NCBI GenBank assembly: GCA_965140445.1
Contig: OZ223236.1
Location: 288,001 to 352,000, forward strand
DNA: 64,000 nucleotides
Source of the DNA: Candidatus Ozemobacteraceae bacterium
GTDB taxonomy: Bacteria; Muiribacteriota; Ozemobacteria; Ozemobacterales; Ozemobacteraceae
Reading direction: 5' to 3'
Positions 9,418 through 19,488 of this stretch are shown here, in pieces. Position 1 is the stretch's first letter. Every line of letters begins with the position of its first letter. The translations under genes and the position numbers were made by a program. The notes beneath the pieces are model-generated. The model was not told the DNA's origin. It saw only the letters and a list, made by a program, of their open reading frames with translations, and did not search any database.

Positions 9418-10350
9418 ATGACCCATATAAAAGTAACCAGAAGCGCATTTACCCTCGTCGAAATATTGTTGGCAATGGCAATATTGGTTGCTACAATGGT
9501 TCCAGTTTTCTTTTTTATGACAAAAGGGGCATCAGATACTGATTTAAATGCATCTAAGTCCTTTGCTGTTTCAAGAGCTTCAGATATTTTGAATGCCATG
9601 CTGGATAATGTCCCATTCCAGGCTTTAAGACAGGGAATACCCGGTTTCATAAGAGTAGACGACCTTAAAAGCGTTAAAGGTTACGAAAAATTCGACGACG
9701 CCTGGGCGGAAAAATTTATTAAAACCGTTTTCCCAGGAAGTTCAAAAACAGCTACAGGCTACCCCTGCACATGTATAATAAAAGACCCAAGAGGGATTCA
9801 TTACAAAATAACTCTTAGAGTAGAAGATATTAGTTCGCCTCCAAGCAAAGCGATCCCTGAGTTAAAAAAAATTGGAGAAGCCTATCCAACAAGCCCGCCA
9901 TCAGATTTCTCTAAGCCAGCAAATGATGAACCCACCTTTTCATATTTGAAAAACCCTACTCGCCTTTTGAGCATGAGCTGGAATAACATAAATTACCTGC
10001 CAAATCCGGTTGGAATGATGCCATCAGCAGGGGAATACCGCTTTGAGATTGAGCTTCCCGGGCAAGTCTCTCATAATCCGGAAAACTTTTACACAGATCA
10101 GGGTTACTCGAAAATTCACCCAAATGCGCCTAGATTTATAAATCCAACAGCGACCAGGCTTACTCAAAGAATGGCCAGAACTGAAGTACAATACACCAAA
10201 GATGATAACTTTAGATACTGTGGCTTTAAGCGATTAATAATTGAAGTTCAATGGAATATAGATAAACCTCATTTAAAAGATCCTGAAGCTGCTACAAAAG
10301 GGTTGAAAAGAATTCATCTGATTACAATAAAGGCAGACATAAATGTCTAA
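9418..10350 (+). CDS. Prepilin-type N-terminal cleavage/methylation domain protein (minor pilin-like)
   Basis: RSA|FTLVEILLAMAIL with Phe+1 and Glu+5; paralog of 51194..52096. Confidence 0.85.
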   Translation: MTHIKVTRSAFTLVEILLAMAILVATMVPVFFFMTKGASDTDLNASKSFAVSRASDILNAMLDNVPFQALRQGIPGFIRVDDLKSVKGYEKFDDAWAEKFIKTVFPGSSKTATGYPCTCIIKDPRGIHYKITLRVEDISSPPSKAIPELKKIGEAYPTSPPSDFSKPANDEPTFSYLKNPTRLLSMSWNNINYLPNPVGMMPSAGEYRFEIELPGQVSHNPENFYTDQGYSKIHPNAPRFINPTATRLTQRMARTEVQYTKDDNFRYCGFKRLIIEVQWNIDKPHLKDPEAATKGLKRIHLITIKADINV

Positions 10351-11224
10351 TTTACAACAAAAAAATACTCCTAAAAAGGGAATGGCAATCATTATTGTCA
10401 TATTTTTTGCCTTTAGTTTAATGATTCTTCTAGTTTCAATGTCTTTCCAGCACAGGAATTTAGCTCAGCACAATAAGATGTCGCTTAGGGAGCAGCAAGC
10501 ATATTTTGCTGGCAGATCAGCCATGCAACATTTTTTACTCAAAGCCAGACTATTTCCAACAGAACTTTACGATGCGGTTGAATTCATGCAGGGGAAAAAC
10601 CCTTATATGGATTTTACAGAGTTTCCCTTTAGAACAGATGATAATAAACCTGCTTTTCAGGAATTGCCGGCATATTCTGGTGTATACAAACGAATAATAC
10701 CAGAGGAAAACGACAAAAGCGGGCGAGTAAAATACTTTTATATTCCAATAAAAACAAAAGGCTCAGAACCTGAAGCCTTGATCAGGCTGGCAAGCTTTTA
10801 TAATAAGCATTACAGATATCTTGCTCCTGGGATGGCTCCTTCATCTCTTCCCGGTAAATACATCAATCCAGATAATTCGGCTTACAAATCCCATCACCCA
10901 GAAAAGTTTCTATCATATTTTATAAGAGATGTTACGAACGATGTGGTGGATGCAAAGGAAATTCAACCAGGACTTAAAGTAGAGAAAGCTACAGGGCTTG
11001 AGACAGAACAAAGTTGGGATATAACTCGAGATGGGTATCCTTACACAATGACCTATAGGCTAAAAAAAGTGAATTTGAAAGCCATAAAAGGGCTTAGAAG
11101 ATACAATGAAGAGGCAATTGAAGTGGAATATACCGGTTCTGTTGAAGACTTTCAAAATCAAACAGCCACCAAGGATTTTACTAAAATAGAAAAAATCACA
11201 AGAACTGGCCGCCACCTGGACTAA
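10343..11224 (+). CDS. PilX/GspK-like minor pilin (no Glu+5)
   Basis: KKG|MAIIIVIFF...QAYFAGRSAMQH PilX_N-like pattern; paralog of 50325..51194. Confidence 0.75.
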   Translation: MSNLQQKNTPKKGMAIIIVIFFAFSLMILLVSMSFQHRNLAQHNKMSLREQQAYFAGRSAMQHFLLKARLFPTELYDAVEFMQGKNPYMDFTEFPFRTDDNKPAFQELPAYSGVYKRIIPEENDKSGRVKYFYIPIKTKGSEPEALIRLASFYNKHYRYLAPGMAPSSLPGKYINPDNSAYKSHHPEKFLSYFIRDVTNDVVDAKEIQPGLKVEKATGLETEQSWDITRDGYPYTMTYRLKKVNLKAIKGLRRYNEEAIEVEYTGSVEDFQNQTATKDFTKIEKITRTGRHLD

Positions 11225-11231
11225 TTCAGGT

Positions 11232-13400
11232 ATGAATAAAAAAAGACACTATTTTTTTACCGCTTTTATTCTGGGAATTTTTGCGAATCTTTCTCAAATA
11301 GCATTATTTAGGTTTTTTATTGGGAATTTTTATGGGACAGAGATTCATCTTGGTCTCTTCCTGGGAATCTGGTTAGCTGGAATTTCAGCTGGTGGCTATT
11401 TTGGGGGTAAATTCCCAATTAAGCCAGCGAACCTAATCTACATATTTCTTTTTCTTCCTGCCTATAGCTTATTAGTTATCTATTTTGGAGTTACAAAGCT
11501 TCCAATTACAGAAGGGGGGTTCTTAAAACTATTCCCTGTAACTGCATACATAAGCTTTGCAACAATACCAATTTCATTTTTTATAGGTACTATAATCCCG
11601 TCTTTTATTTTTTCTACAACAAAAAAACTAGGAGAGTTTTACGCCATTGAAGCTCTTGGAAGCTTTCTTGGAGGCATTATCTTTTCTTTGCTACTTGGAG
11701 GGAATGCAGATTCAATCCAAACCTTACTGGTAATCTCATTATTCCCTGCAATTTGCATTTTTGAGATAAAAAGAACCAAATTATCTGGTTTTTTGTGCCT
11801 TTTTATACCAATTCTAGTATGGCAATCTGGAACACATATTTCAGAAAAAATCGAACAAAAAATCTGGAAAAGATTTCACCCTGTTAATGAATTAACACAA
11901 ACCATCGAAACTCCTTACCAGAAGATTCAGACAAGTAAATATTATGGACAGAAAAGCCTTTTTTCCAACGGCATATTTTGCGAATCATGGCCGCTAGCAG
12001 AATCGGTTGAACAAAAAGTCCATTCTTTTGTCACCAACTTAAAAAATTTCAACGACATTCTCGTAATTGGAGCACCACCGCCTGACTTTATAAGTGAATT
12101 ACTAAAATACAAAGGCGCTAATATAAATGTTTTAGAGCTTGATAAAACTCTGTTCGAAATATTCCAATACCCTGTTCATAAATCGTTAAAACTAATAAAT
12201 GAAGATCCAAGAAGCTTCTTAAACCAAACTGAACAGAGATTTGATGGAATAATGATATATCCAGTTTCTCCGGTAACTCTAGTAGGAAACAGGCTTTTCA
12301 CCTTCGAAGCTATTGAATCAATGAAAAAATCATTGAAACCGGATGGCGTATTATCTTTGCAGGTGTCTGGAACGGAAAACTACCTTGGCTCAATCAAAGA
12401 GCAAATTATTTTATCCACAAACCAAACCTTAAAAGCAAACTTTTCAACTGTTTTTGCTTTCCCAGGCAATCCAATTACCTTTTTTGCCACAAACGGCAAA
12501 GACTCCATCCCAGGAAGCTTAAACGAATATATGGATAGATTTGCTTCAAGAAATATCATTGCTTCAACTTTTTACCCTCAAAGCTTCTTCAATCTTCTAA
12601 TGCCATTCAGAGTAAAGGAACTTGAGAAATGGCTTCAACGGGATGTAAAAGTTGATAGAAACACTGATTCACACCCAGGAATATTTAAACAACAAATTGA
12701 ACTTTGGAACATTTACAGTGGGGAAAAGACCAATAAATCTGGCCGTTTTTTTGCGACTCCAAACTTAAATCAATTTTTTAAAGTCTTTTTCCCGTTACTG
12801 ATTCTGGTTTGTCTTTTTTGTTTTTACTCTCCTAAAAAAATTGGCACAAAAATTATTGTTCCATCTGGCGTTTTAATAAGTGGCGCGACTGGGATTTTGT
12901 CTGAAATAATCCTAATTTTGTTATATCAAAATAAATGCGGAGCAGCATTTCAGATGTCCGCACTCTTTTTTGGTTTATATATGCTTGGACTTTCTTGCGG
13001 AGCATACTTTTATCGCCATCATTCCATAAATGAATCTGTCGCTCTGGTCAAATTAAAGCTCCTTCAGACCGCTTTTGCGCTATCGGGAATTCTTTTTGTA
13101 GAGTTAACAGAATTTCATTCAGCACTGTGGATTGGAACAGCTATTTTTATAATCGCCTTCCTTGATGGAATTGAATTTCCTGTTGCCGATTCGATTCTTA
13201 AACAGCACGGAAAAGAAACACACAGATCAGCAGGCATACTTATGTTTATGGATAATTCAGGGGCATTGGCCACAGGAATATTAAGTGGTCTATGGTTCCT
13301 TCCTGTTTTAGGAATGAAAAGAAGCTTTACTCTGCTTTTCAGTTTATTACTAATAAATGCTATCGGAATTGGTATTCTTACCTATAAAAAAGATTCTTAG
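11232..13400 (+). CDS. Membrane protein with central spermidine-synthase-like methyltransferase-fold domain (fused MFS/spermidine synthase family)
   Basis: N- and C-terminal TM bundles (YAIEALGSFLGG); central ETPYQKI, VLELDK, EDPRSFL, NRLFTFE, LKPDGVL and NTDSHP motifs. Confidence 0.8.
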   Translation: MNKKRHYFFTAFILGIFANLSQIALFRFFIGNFYGTEIHLGLFLGIWLAGISAGGYFGGKFPIKPANLIYIFLFLPAYSLLVIYFGVTKLPITEGGFLKLFPVTAYISFATIPISFFIGTIIPSFIFSTTKKLGEFYAIEALGSFLGGIIFSLLLGGNADSIQTLLVISLFPAICIFEIKRTKLSGFLCLFIPILVWQSGTHISEKIEQKIWKRFHPVNELTQTIETPYQKIQTSKYYGQKSLFSNGIFCESWPLAESVEQKVHSFVTNLKNFNDILVIGAPPPDFISELLKYKGANINVLELDKTLFEIFQYPVHKSLKLINEDPRSFLNQTEQRFDGIMIYPVSPVTLVGNRLFTFEAIESMKKSLKPDGVLSLQVSGTENYLGSIKEQIILSTNQTLKANFSTVFAFPGNPITFFATNGKDSIPGSLNEYMDRFASRNIIASTFYPQSFFNLLMPFRVKELEKWLQRDVKVDRNTDSHPGIFKQQIELWNIYSGEKTNKSGRFFATPNLNQFFKVFFPLLILVCLFCFYSPKKIGTKIIVPSGVLISGATGILSEIILILLYQNKCGAAFQMSALFFGLYMLGLSCGAYFYRHHSINESVALVKLKLLQTAFALSGILFVELTEFHSALWIGTAIFIIAFLDGIEFPVADSILKQHGKETHRSAGILMFMDNSGALATGILSGLWFLPVLGMKRSFTLLFSLLLINAIGIGILTYKKDS

Positions 13401-14290
13401 GGCTCAACACCATCTTCTGACTCAAAAATCTTCTTAAAAATCGCTTTAATCCGTCTTAGTCTATGATTTACGGCAGACTTAGAAAGAGGGGGATCAAATC
13501 TCTGTCCCAATTGCTCTATGCTATCTTGAGGAAATTTCAGTCTTATAACTGCTGTTTGCCTGAGATTTTCAGACCAGACTTCCTGGTTATCATATTCGAT
13601 AAGCTTTCTAAGAATCCCGTCAATACTCTCACTTGCATTTATAATTCTATTTATATTTGCAGTTTCAAAATTAACCTGCCTGTTTACTCTTCCAAGAATT
13701 TTCTTTGTTGCAGCATAATCAGCAAACTCCATTGCCAGATTAAATAGCCCAATCTGGTTTAAGAATCTTTTTATCTTATTATGGCTCTTCAAATATGCCA
13801 CTTGATATCCTCGAAGCTCATGACGTTTAAAGCTAAGCTTTAAAAGGCTGGCAACTTTTTTAAAAGCAGCAAAAAGCCATTTCCCTTTTATACGAATCTC
13901 CAAATGAAAAGCCCTTGCCGGATTTTGCAAATAACCATATCTTAAAAACAGCCCCTGTAGAAAGGCAATAATGCAGTGTTTAGAAGAAGACTCGGACTCT
14001 AATCTTTTCACTCTCTCAACGAATTTTTTTCTTAGAGGAAAAAGCTCCAGCCCTCTAATTTTAATGATTTTCCCATAACCACTTACTCTATATTTAGGCG
14101 CAACTATGGCTTTAATTGAACGGCCAAAAACTTTTAAATTACCAGCAGGAACTTTCAGATAAGAGTTTTTGTTCCCCTTCTTTAAGCAAGCAGCCAAAAA
14201 AGACTCTCTGCAGCAGGGAAGTTGAGAAACATTTTGAATGATTTCTCTTTTTAGACGGCTTGAATAATCCTGTCGTCTGTTTTTCTTCAA
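13397..14290 (-). CDS. whiA: DNA-binding cell division protein WhiA
   Basis: FLQGLFL..G...P...FHLEI, VNRQVNFETANI and LSKSAVNHRLRRI; follows yvcK. Confidence 0.92.
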   Translation of the reverse strand: MKKNRRQDYSSRLKREIIQNVSQLPCCRESFLAACLKKGNKNSYLKVPAGNLKVFGRSIKAIVAPKYRVSGYGKIIKIRGLELFPLRKKFVERVKRLESESSSKHCIIAFLQGLFLRYGYLQNPARAFHLEIRIKGKWLFAAFKKVASLLKLSFKRHELRGYQVAYLKSHNKIKRFLNQIGLFNLAMEFADYAATKKILGRVNRQVNFETANINRIINASESIDGILRKLIEYDNQEVWSENLRQTAVIRLKFPQDSIEQLGQRFDPPLSKSAVNHRLRRIKAIFKKIFESEDGVEP

Positions 14291-15618
14291 TCTAATAAAC
14301 CCTCTTCATAATCATCATCATCGTCTATAATTGAAATCTCATTTTCCATGGGTTCATTAATTAAGGAAACCAGAATAGCTCCCAAAAGAAGAGGATTATG
14401 CCTCACCAGATTGGCTTCAAGTAAAAGGTCAGTAGCAACAACTCTGAGACCTTTTTCTTTAAGGCGCTTAACAGTGGGTGGCACCCAAAATTGTCCGTTA
14501 GACTCATATTTCGCTACAAGCGGCTTGGCCGCTCTTCTTGAATTTACTATAACAATATCTATTCGATCAATATTGGTTCTATTCAAAATTGAATTTACGT
14601 GGTCAACAGCATTAAATCCATCTGTTTCACCAGGCTGAGTCATTACATTACAGATATAAATAACTCTAGCCTGACTCTTATTAATTCTTTCAGCTACACC
14701 TGGCACAAGAAGATTGGGGATAACACTTGTAAACAAGCTTCCTGGTCCCAAAACAATCAAGTTAGCATCATCAATAGCACTTAAAGCCTCAGGACTTGCC
14801 TCGGGTGAATCCGGAAAAAGGGACATATCAACAATCTTTTTTCCAGCATCAGAAATTGAAGATTCCCCAGTAATTTTAGACCCATCATCAAAGCTAGCTA
14901 CCAGCTGAACATTTTCACAAGTAACGGGAACAACCTGACCTTTGATAGCCAAAATGCTACTGGCTTCTCGAACAGCGCTACCAAAATCCCCCAAAACTCC
15001 TGTCATAGCTGCGATAAAAAGATTGCCAAAACTATGTCCTTCAATCTCTCCGCCTTCTCCAAACCGGTATTGAAAAAGCTGCGATAACAAGCTTTCAGAA
15101 CGAGATAAAGCAACCAGGCAGTTCCTTATATCTCCAGGGGGAAGAATTTGTAATTCTTTTCTAAGGCGTCCAGAAGAGCCGCCATCGTCAGTAACGGTCA
15201 CAATTGCGGTAAGGTCAATTGGAAGCTCTTTAAGGCCCTTTAAAAGAGAACTAAGACCGGTTCCGCCACCAAGAGCAACCAGTGAAAATTGCTTTTCAAT
15301 TTCAGTGTTCCTCTTGAAAACAAAATCTTTTAAGCGATCAGAAAGACCGGAATCTTGACTATCAAGCATTCTAAATGCAGTTCTAAGTCCCTTGTAGATC
15401 CAAAAAGAACAGAGCAAAAAAGCAGATAAAGCAGAAAAAAGAAGTCCAAGAGGATGAAAGCTTCGAACGGTTTCAATACTTGCGGGGGCAATTACAATAG
15501 TTGATAAAGCTGTAAAAATTACTCCGAAACTCATCATAAAAACGCCGATAAAAAGGAACAAAACCCATCTTCTAGCTCTTAATTCGTGGCTAAATCTTCG
15601 GCGCAAATAAAGCAGCAT
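14287..15618 (-). CDS. yvcK: YvcK/UPF0052 family (CofD-like) protein with N-terminal TM helices
   Basis: GGGTGLS, DDGGSSGRLR, PPGDIRNC, GHSFGNL, GPGSLFTS and NVMTQPGET. Confidence 0.93.
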   Translation of the reverse strand: MLLYLRRRFSHELRARRWVLFLFIGVFMMSFGVIFTALSTIVIAPASIETVRSFHPLGLLFSALSAFLLCSFWIYKGLRTAFRMLDSQDSGLSDRLKDFVFKRNTEIEKQFSLVALGGGTGLSSLLKGLKELPIDLTAIVTVTDDGGSSGRLRKELQILPPGDIRNCLVALSRSESLLSQLFQYRFGEGGEIEGHSFGNLFIAAMTGVLGDFGSAVREASSILAIKGQVVPVTCENVQLVASFDDGSKITGESSISDAGKKIVDMSLFPDSPEASPEALSAIDDANLIVLGPGSLFTSVIPNLLVPGVAERINKSQARVIYICNVMTQPGETDGFNAVDHVNSILNRTNIDRIDIVIVNSRRAAKPLVAKYESNGQFWVPPTVKRLKEKGLRVVATDLLLEANLVRHNPLLLGAILVSLINEPMENEISIIDDDDDYEEGLLD

Positions 15619-16544
15619 TAGAAATCTTCCCTGGTCATCTTTGTCTGAAGCTGCTTTGCAAATTTTTCTGCACTAAGAATTCCCATGCGTCTAAGATAGA
15701 AATTCATTGCCGCAGTTTCAATTACTACAGCAAGATTTCGCCCTTCTCTGACAGGGATTGTGGTGCTTGGAACTTCAACTTTTAGAAATTTAACTGTGCG
15801 CTTGAGAATTCCCAAACGATCATATTCTTTCAAATCATCCCATTTTTCTAAATGAATGACTAGTTCTACGGGCTTTTCATCTGCAGTAGCAGCGATACCA
15901 AACAAAGATTTTATGTCAATGATTCCCAACCCTCTAATTTCCATATGGTGCTGGATCATATCATCGGGGGATCCTACAATCTTGCTATCAGAAATTTTCA
16001 TGAGCTGAACAGCATCATCAGCTACAAGTCTATGTCCACGTTTAATAAGCTCCAGCGCGCATTCGCTTTTTCCAATGCCAGATGGCCCCATAATGAGGAT
16101 ACCAACGCCATAAACCTCTACAAAAACCCCGTGAACACTTCTTCTCGGGGCAAACCTATTGTGAAGATACCTGGAAAGCTGGTATATAAACTCTCCAGCT
16201 CTTTCTCCTGTGCGTAAAAGCGGAATCTCTTTCTGGTTACAAAGCTCAATTAATTCATCAAGAATTAATAGATCATCAGTCACAATTATGCAGGGAATGT
16301 TAAAAAAAAGTAGCTGTCTTAATCTAACCTTTCTAACATCAGCGAGTTGCTCGCCAAGATATGCCAGTTCGGTTCTGCCAAGGACTATGAGGCGCTCGTA
16401 ACCGAAGTGTTCAAAAAAACCTGCCAGCTCAAGACCGGGACGATGAACTTCCGATGAGATTATCTTCCGGTCAAGCCCTTTTTCTCCGGCAATAACAGAT
16501 AAGCCCTGATCTTTTACTATTTCTCTGACAAGGACTAGAGCCAT
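15618..16544 (-). CDS. hprK: HPr(Ser) kinase/phosphorylase
   Basis: RPGLELAGFF, GPSGIGKSECALELIKRGHRLVADD, MEIRGLGII and GRNLAVVIE. Confidence 0.97.
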   Translation of the reverse strand: MALVLVREIVKDQGLSVIAGEKGLDRKIISSEVHRPGLELAGFFEHFGYERLIVLGRTELAYLGEQLADVRKVRLRQLLFFNIPCIIVTDDLLILDELIELCNQKEIPLLRTGERAGEFIYQLSRYLHNRFAPRRSVHGVFVEVYGVGILIMGPSGIGKSECALELIKRGHRLVADDAVQLMKISDSKIVGSPDDMIQHHMEIRGLGIIDIKSLFGIAATADEKPVELVIHLEKWDDLKEYDRLGILKRTVKFLKVEVPSTTIPVREGRNLAVVIETAAMNFYLRRMGILSAEKFAKQLQTKMTREDF

Positions 16545-16651
16545 TTTTAGTACAACCCCTTCGCCGTAGCTAAATGATTAATCAAGTGGAAGTATAACAC
16601 AATTTGTACCCTTTAAACCTAAAGAAGTCCTTATCAAATGTAATTTTAAAT

Positions 16652-17521
16652 TTAGCTATTTACGGTGTTTGCAGTTTCAGGATTATCTTTCTGTATAGGA
16701 GCTTCTTCTTTGTATGGCCAGATAAAGCCCCTTATGATAATTCCAACTCCAATACAGATGAAAACCATTGAAATATACTGATTAGATGTGAGTCCATATG
16801 CCGCAATGGGATTCAATCTGATAAACTCTACCAGAAGCCTTGAAAGTCCAAACCAACAAACAAAAAAACCAAGACGTTTTCCTGCTCCGATCTTCCAGAT
16901 TGGAAGTAACAAAATACCAGCCAGAATGACGTTAGAAATTGATTCATATATAGGGGTCGGGTGAACACAAATATCATTTGGGATACTTTCCCCAGGAAAA
17001 ATCTCGGCGAATTTAGAAACCAAGAGAGCATTTTTGGCCGCTAATGTGGAAACCAAACCATTTGGAAAATGCATCCCCCAAGCCACCTTTGTCGGAATTC
17101 CATAACACCCATCTCCTGAAGTAATGCATCCAAGTCGACCAACAGCATAACCCAGGGATAATCCGGGAGCGCACATGTCTGCTGCTTTAAAGAATTTTAT
17201 TCCAGCATACTTAACTCTTAAAGTACAAAGAATAAAAGCCAGGATGTATCCGCCAAGAACAGAAAAACCCGTGGTTGAAAAAATCATTGAAGATGGAGAG
17301 GCCAGGAAATCTGAAAAGTTCTCAAAAATAAAAAGAAGCCTTGATCCAACCATTCCGCCAAAAACAATTAGAAAGTAGATATCCCAGGCGATCTCTACAT
17401 CAAAACCGCCCTTTTTAAACTCTCGATTAATCAGCCAGATTCCAGTTAAAAAACCTAGAGCAAGCAGGACACCATAGGAGCCAATTTTTAATGGGCCTAG
17501 TTCAAATAATATTGGACACAT
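16652..17521 (-). CDS. lgt: Prolipoprotein diacylglyceryl transferase
   Basis: SYGVLLALG, GRLGC...GDGCYG, HPTPIYE and RLLVEFIR. Confidence 0.93.
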   Translation of the reverse strand: MCPILFELGPLKIGSYGVLLALGFLTGIWLINREFKKGGFDVEIAWDIYFLIVFGGMVGSRLLFIFENFSDFLASPSSMIFSTTGFSVLGGYILAFILCTLRVKYAGIKFFKAADMCAPGLSLGYAVGRLGCITSGDGCYGIPTKVAWGMHFPNGLVSTLAAKNALLVSKFAEIFPGESIPNDICVHPTPIYESISNVILAGILLLPIWKIGAGKRLGFFVCWFGLSRLLVEFIRLNPIAAYGLTSNQYISMVFICIGVGIIIRGFIWPYKEEAPIQKDNPETANTVNS

Positions 17522-17559
17522 GGCTGCAAGATATCATATTCCTAAAAAATCCTAAACAT

Positions 17560-17597
17560 AAAAAAGGCTGCCAAATCTAAATTGGCAGCCTTTCTTT
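17560..17597. terminator. Intrinsic terminator ending the envelope operon (possibly bidirectional)
   Basis: AAAGGCTGCCAA-atctaaa-TTGGCAGCCTTT flanked by A and T runs. Confidence 0.85.
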
Positions 17598-17604
17598 ATC
17601 AATA

Positions 17605-18534
17605 CTATTTTCTGTGAACTAAAACTCCCATAACCTTTCGGTCATCAAGTGTTCTAACTTCTATTTCTGTCCCAGCTTTTACTTCAACGTCTTTTCCTTT
17701 AATAAAAGCTCCACCAGCAATCCCAATCGGGCCAAGCACTACATAACCAAGTGTAGAAGCGCCAACTGCCATTCCAAGTTTTTTGCGATTAAACCTCTCC
17801 TGACCAGCATCTGCGACTTCTACCGGCAATGAAGTTGAATCCATACTTTCAATTTTACCAATTTCAAGGTTTATGTATCCCGTTCTACCAAATCGGCCAC
17901 CACGTCTAACACTAGCGACAGAACCACTTATTATGCCGCCTTTAGCCATGGCAAGGATATTATTGTCAATAAACAAATCTTCAGACAGAGAAAATTGAAC
18001 AATATCGCCCTTTTTAGCTTTTCTACTGGAAAGAGAATCGATAAGTTTCAGCTTAACCCTTGTTCCCTGAGCTACAGTAACCTGCTGCTGATGAATTTTT
18101 CCGTTGTCAATTGTAAGATGAACCAGCTGTTCAAGGCGAAAGGCCATTGGTTCCAACGATACATTTCCAATTACCTGCTTATCCAGTTCAGCTAATCTGG
18201 TTTCAAGATTTCCAAGCCCTGTTTTGTTGAACAAGCGCCATTCAAGAAAGTTCAATTTCATATCAACAGATGGAGAGTCAATACTACCTTTAAACAATAA
18301 GTCGTGGAGATAATCAGCCTTTTCGGAAGCTTTCTGACCTGTGCTGCGCCCGAACAAATCTTCTTCTACCTGTCGTAATCTGTTATCCTCTGAGCCGGAC
18401 TGAGGGCTACCATAAATGTAGCGTTCAATTTTGGCTATCTTTTTGGCCATGTCCTTAGAAATTTCGTCAGCAAAAGCAGGGCATGCAAAAATAATCAATG
18501 AAAGCAGGATAAAAAGTTTAGCTTTAAGTTTCAT
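17605..18534 (-). CDS. Secreted hypothetical protein: helical repeats plus TrbI/VirB10-like beta domain
   Basis: Signal peptide; repeated RL..(V/L)E..LFG units; C-terminal VAQGTRVKLKL..SLSS...KGD.V.F...GRFGRTG...VKAGTEI pattern. Confidence 0.6.
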   Translation of the reverse strand: MKLKAKLFILLSLIIFACPAFADEISKDMAKKIAKIERYIYGSPQSGSEDNRLRQVEEDLFGRSTGQKASEKADYLHDLLFKGSIDSPSVDMKLNFLEWRLFNKTGLGNLETRLAELDKQVIGNVSLEPMAFRLEQLVHLTIDNGKIHQQQVTVAQGTRVKLKLIDSLSSRKAKKGDIVQFSLSEDLFIDNNILAMAKGGIISGSVASVRRGGRFGRTGYINLEIGKIESMDSTSLPVEVADAGQERFNRKKLGMAVGASTLGYVVLGPIGIAGGAFIKGKDVEVKAGTEIEVRTLDDRKVMGVLVHRK

Positions 18535-18555
18535 GATTTTGCCTCCTATAATTAT

Positions 18556-19488
18556 TTACTTTTTAGGGTCTTCTTTTTTCTTTTCTTTCTTCTTCAAAAT
18601 GCCATTAGACTCTTCAACAGGTTTAAAAACAACATAAATTTCTTTTGAAGAATCTGGATTATCAGAGATTTCCTTACAAAATCTCGCAAAAATTTCAGCT
18701 TCAGCCTGGGCAACACTAACATCTCTCCTGGCCATTTCTGGGACCTTACCATCAACTACCATAAGCTTTTGTTCATCGACATCCTTGTATGCTGCTCTAA
18801 TGTCCTGAACAAATCTTACAACAGGCCTGCTGAATCTTGAAGGAGACGGGACCATTGCTTCCTGGAATAAGAGAAAACCTTTTTCATCAAAAAATCTTGG
18901 AAACAAGGATGGCTCAAAGTTGCTGTTTCTAAGATCAACAACAATACGATCCAAATCTGGTGCATCTTTGTTTTCTTTTACTCTTAACCCGGAAGTCCAT
19001 GATGCCAGGAAGCTAGAAGGCTTCATAGGTTCTGGTCTCAGCGCTGCCAAATAAAGTGCAGATCTGATACTTAGCTTTCCATTGAAAGGAACATCAAGTC
19101 TGCAACGTAACAAGCCGCTGGCATCAACCTCATAGAAGGTTTTGGGAGCAGATAATAAAACCATTCCAAGTCTGTCTTTCAAAGCTGCATTGGTCTGGAA
19201 CACGTGCCTTACCAGCTTTCCTTCCATGAGAGGAAGATCAAGGATTTGATCATATGCGTGGTGCAAAGAATCCATCCAGGCTCTGGATCGCTCTTCATCA
19301 ATAGAAGAGTCCTTTTCCCATGGCATACCAGCCAATCCATAGACGCTGACGGTCTGATTAATAAAAATCTCCGGGTCGATAACAGGCTCCGCCCGCACGA
19401 GGCAGGCGGAGAAAATTATTGATAAAATTGTAAGTAGTTTAAGGCGCCTTAACATGGCCCTATATCTCCTATTAATCAAAGGTAACAT
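18556..19488 (-). CDS. Secreted hypothetical protein
   Basis: 310-aa ORF with signal peptide; the true start may be the downstream Met (MLRRLK); IVVDLR...PSLFPRFFDEKG segment. Confidence 0.7.
   Translation of the reverse strand: MLPLINRRYRAMLRRLKLLTILSIIFSACLVRAEPVIDPEIFINQTVSVYGLAGMPWEKDSSIDEERSRAWMDSLHHAYDQILDLPLMEGKLVRHVFQTNAALKDRLGMVLLSAPKTFYEVDASGLLRCRLDVPFNGKLSIRSALYLAALRPEPMKPSSFLASWTSGLRVKENKDAPDLDRIVVDLRNSNFEPSLFPRFFDEKGFLLFQEAMVPSPSRFSRPVVRFVQDIRAAYKDVDEQKLMVVDGKVPEMARRDVSVAQAEAEIFARFCKEISDNPDSSKEIYVVFKPVEESNGILKKKEKKKEDPKK

Noticed and set aside
11232..13400. Calling this gene speE (spermidine synthase)
   Set aside because: The glycine-rich SAM loop and catalytic Asp region are degenerate, and the domain is embedded in a multi-pass membrane protein.
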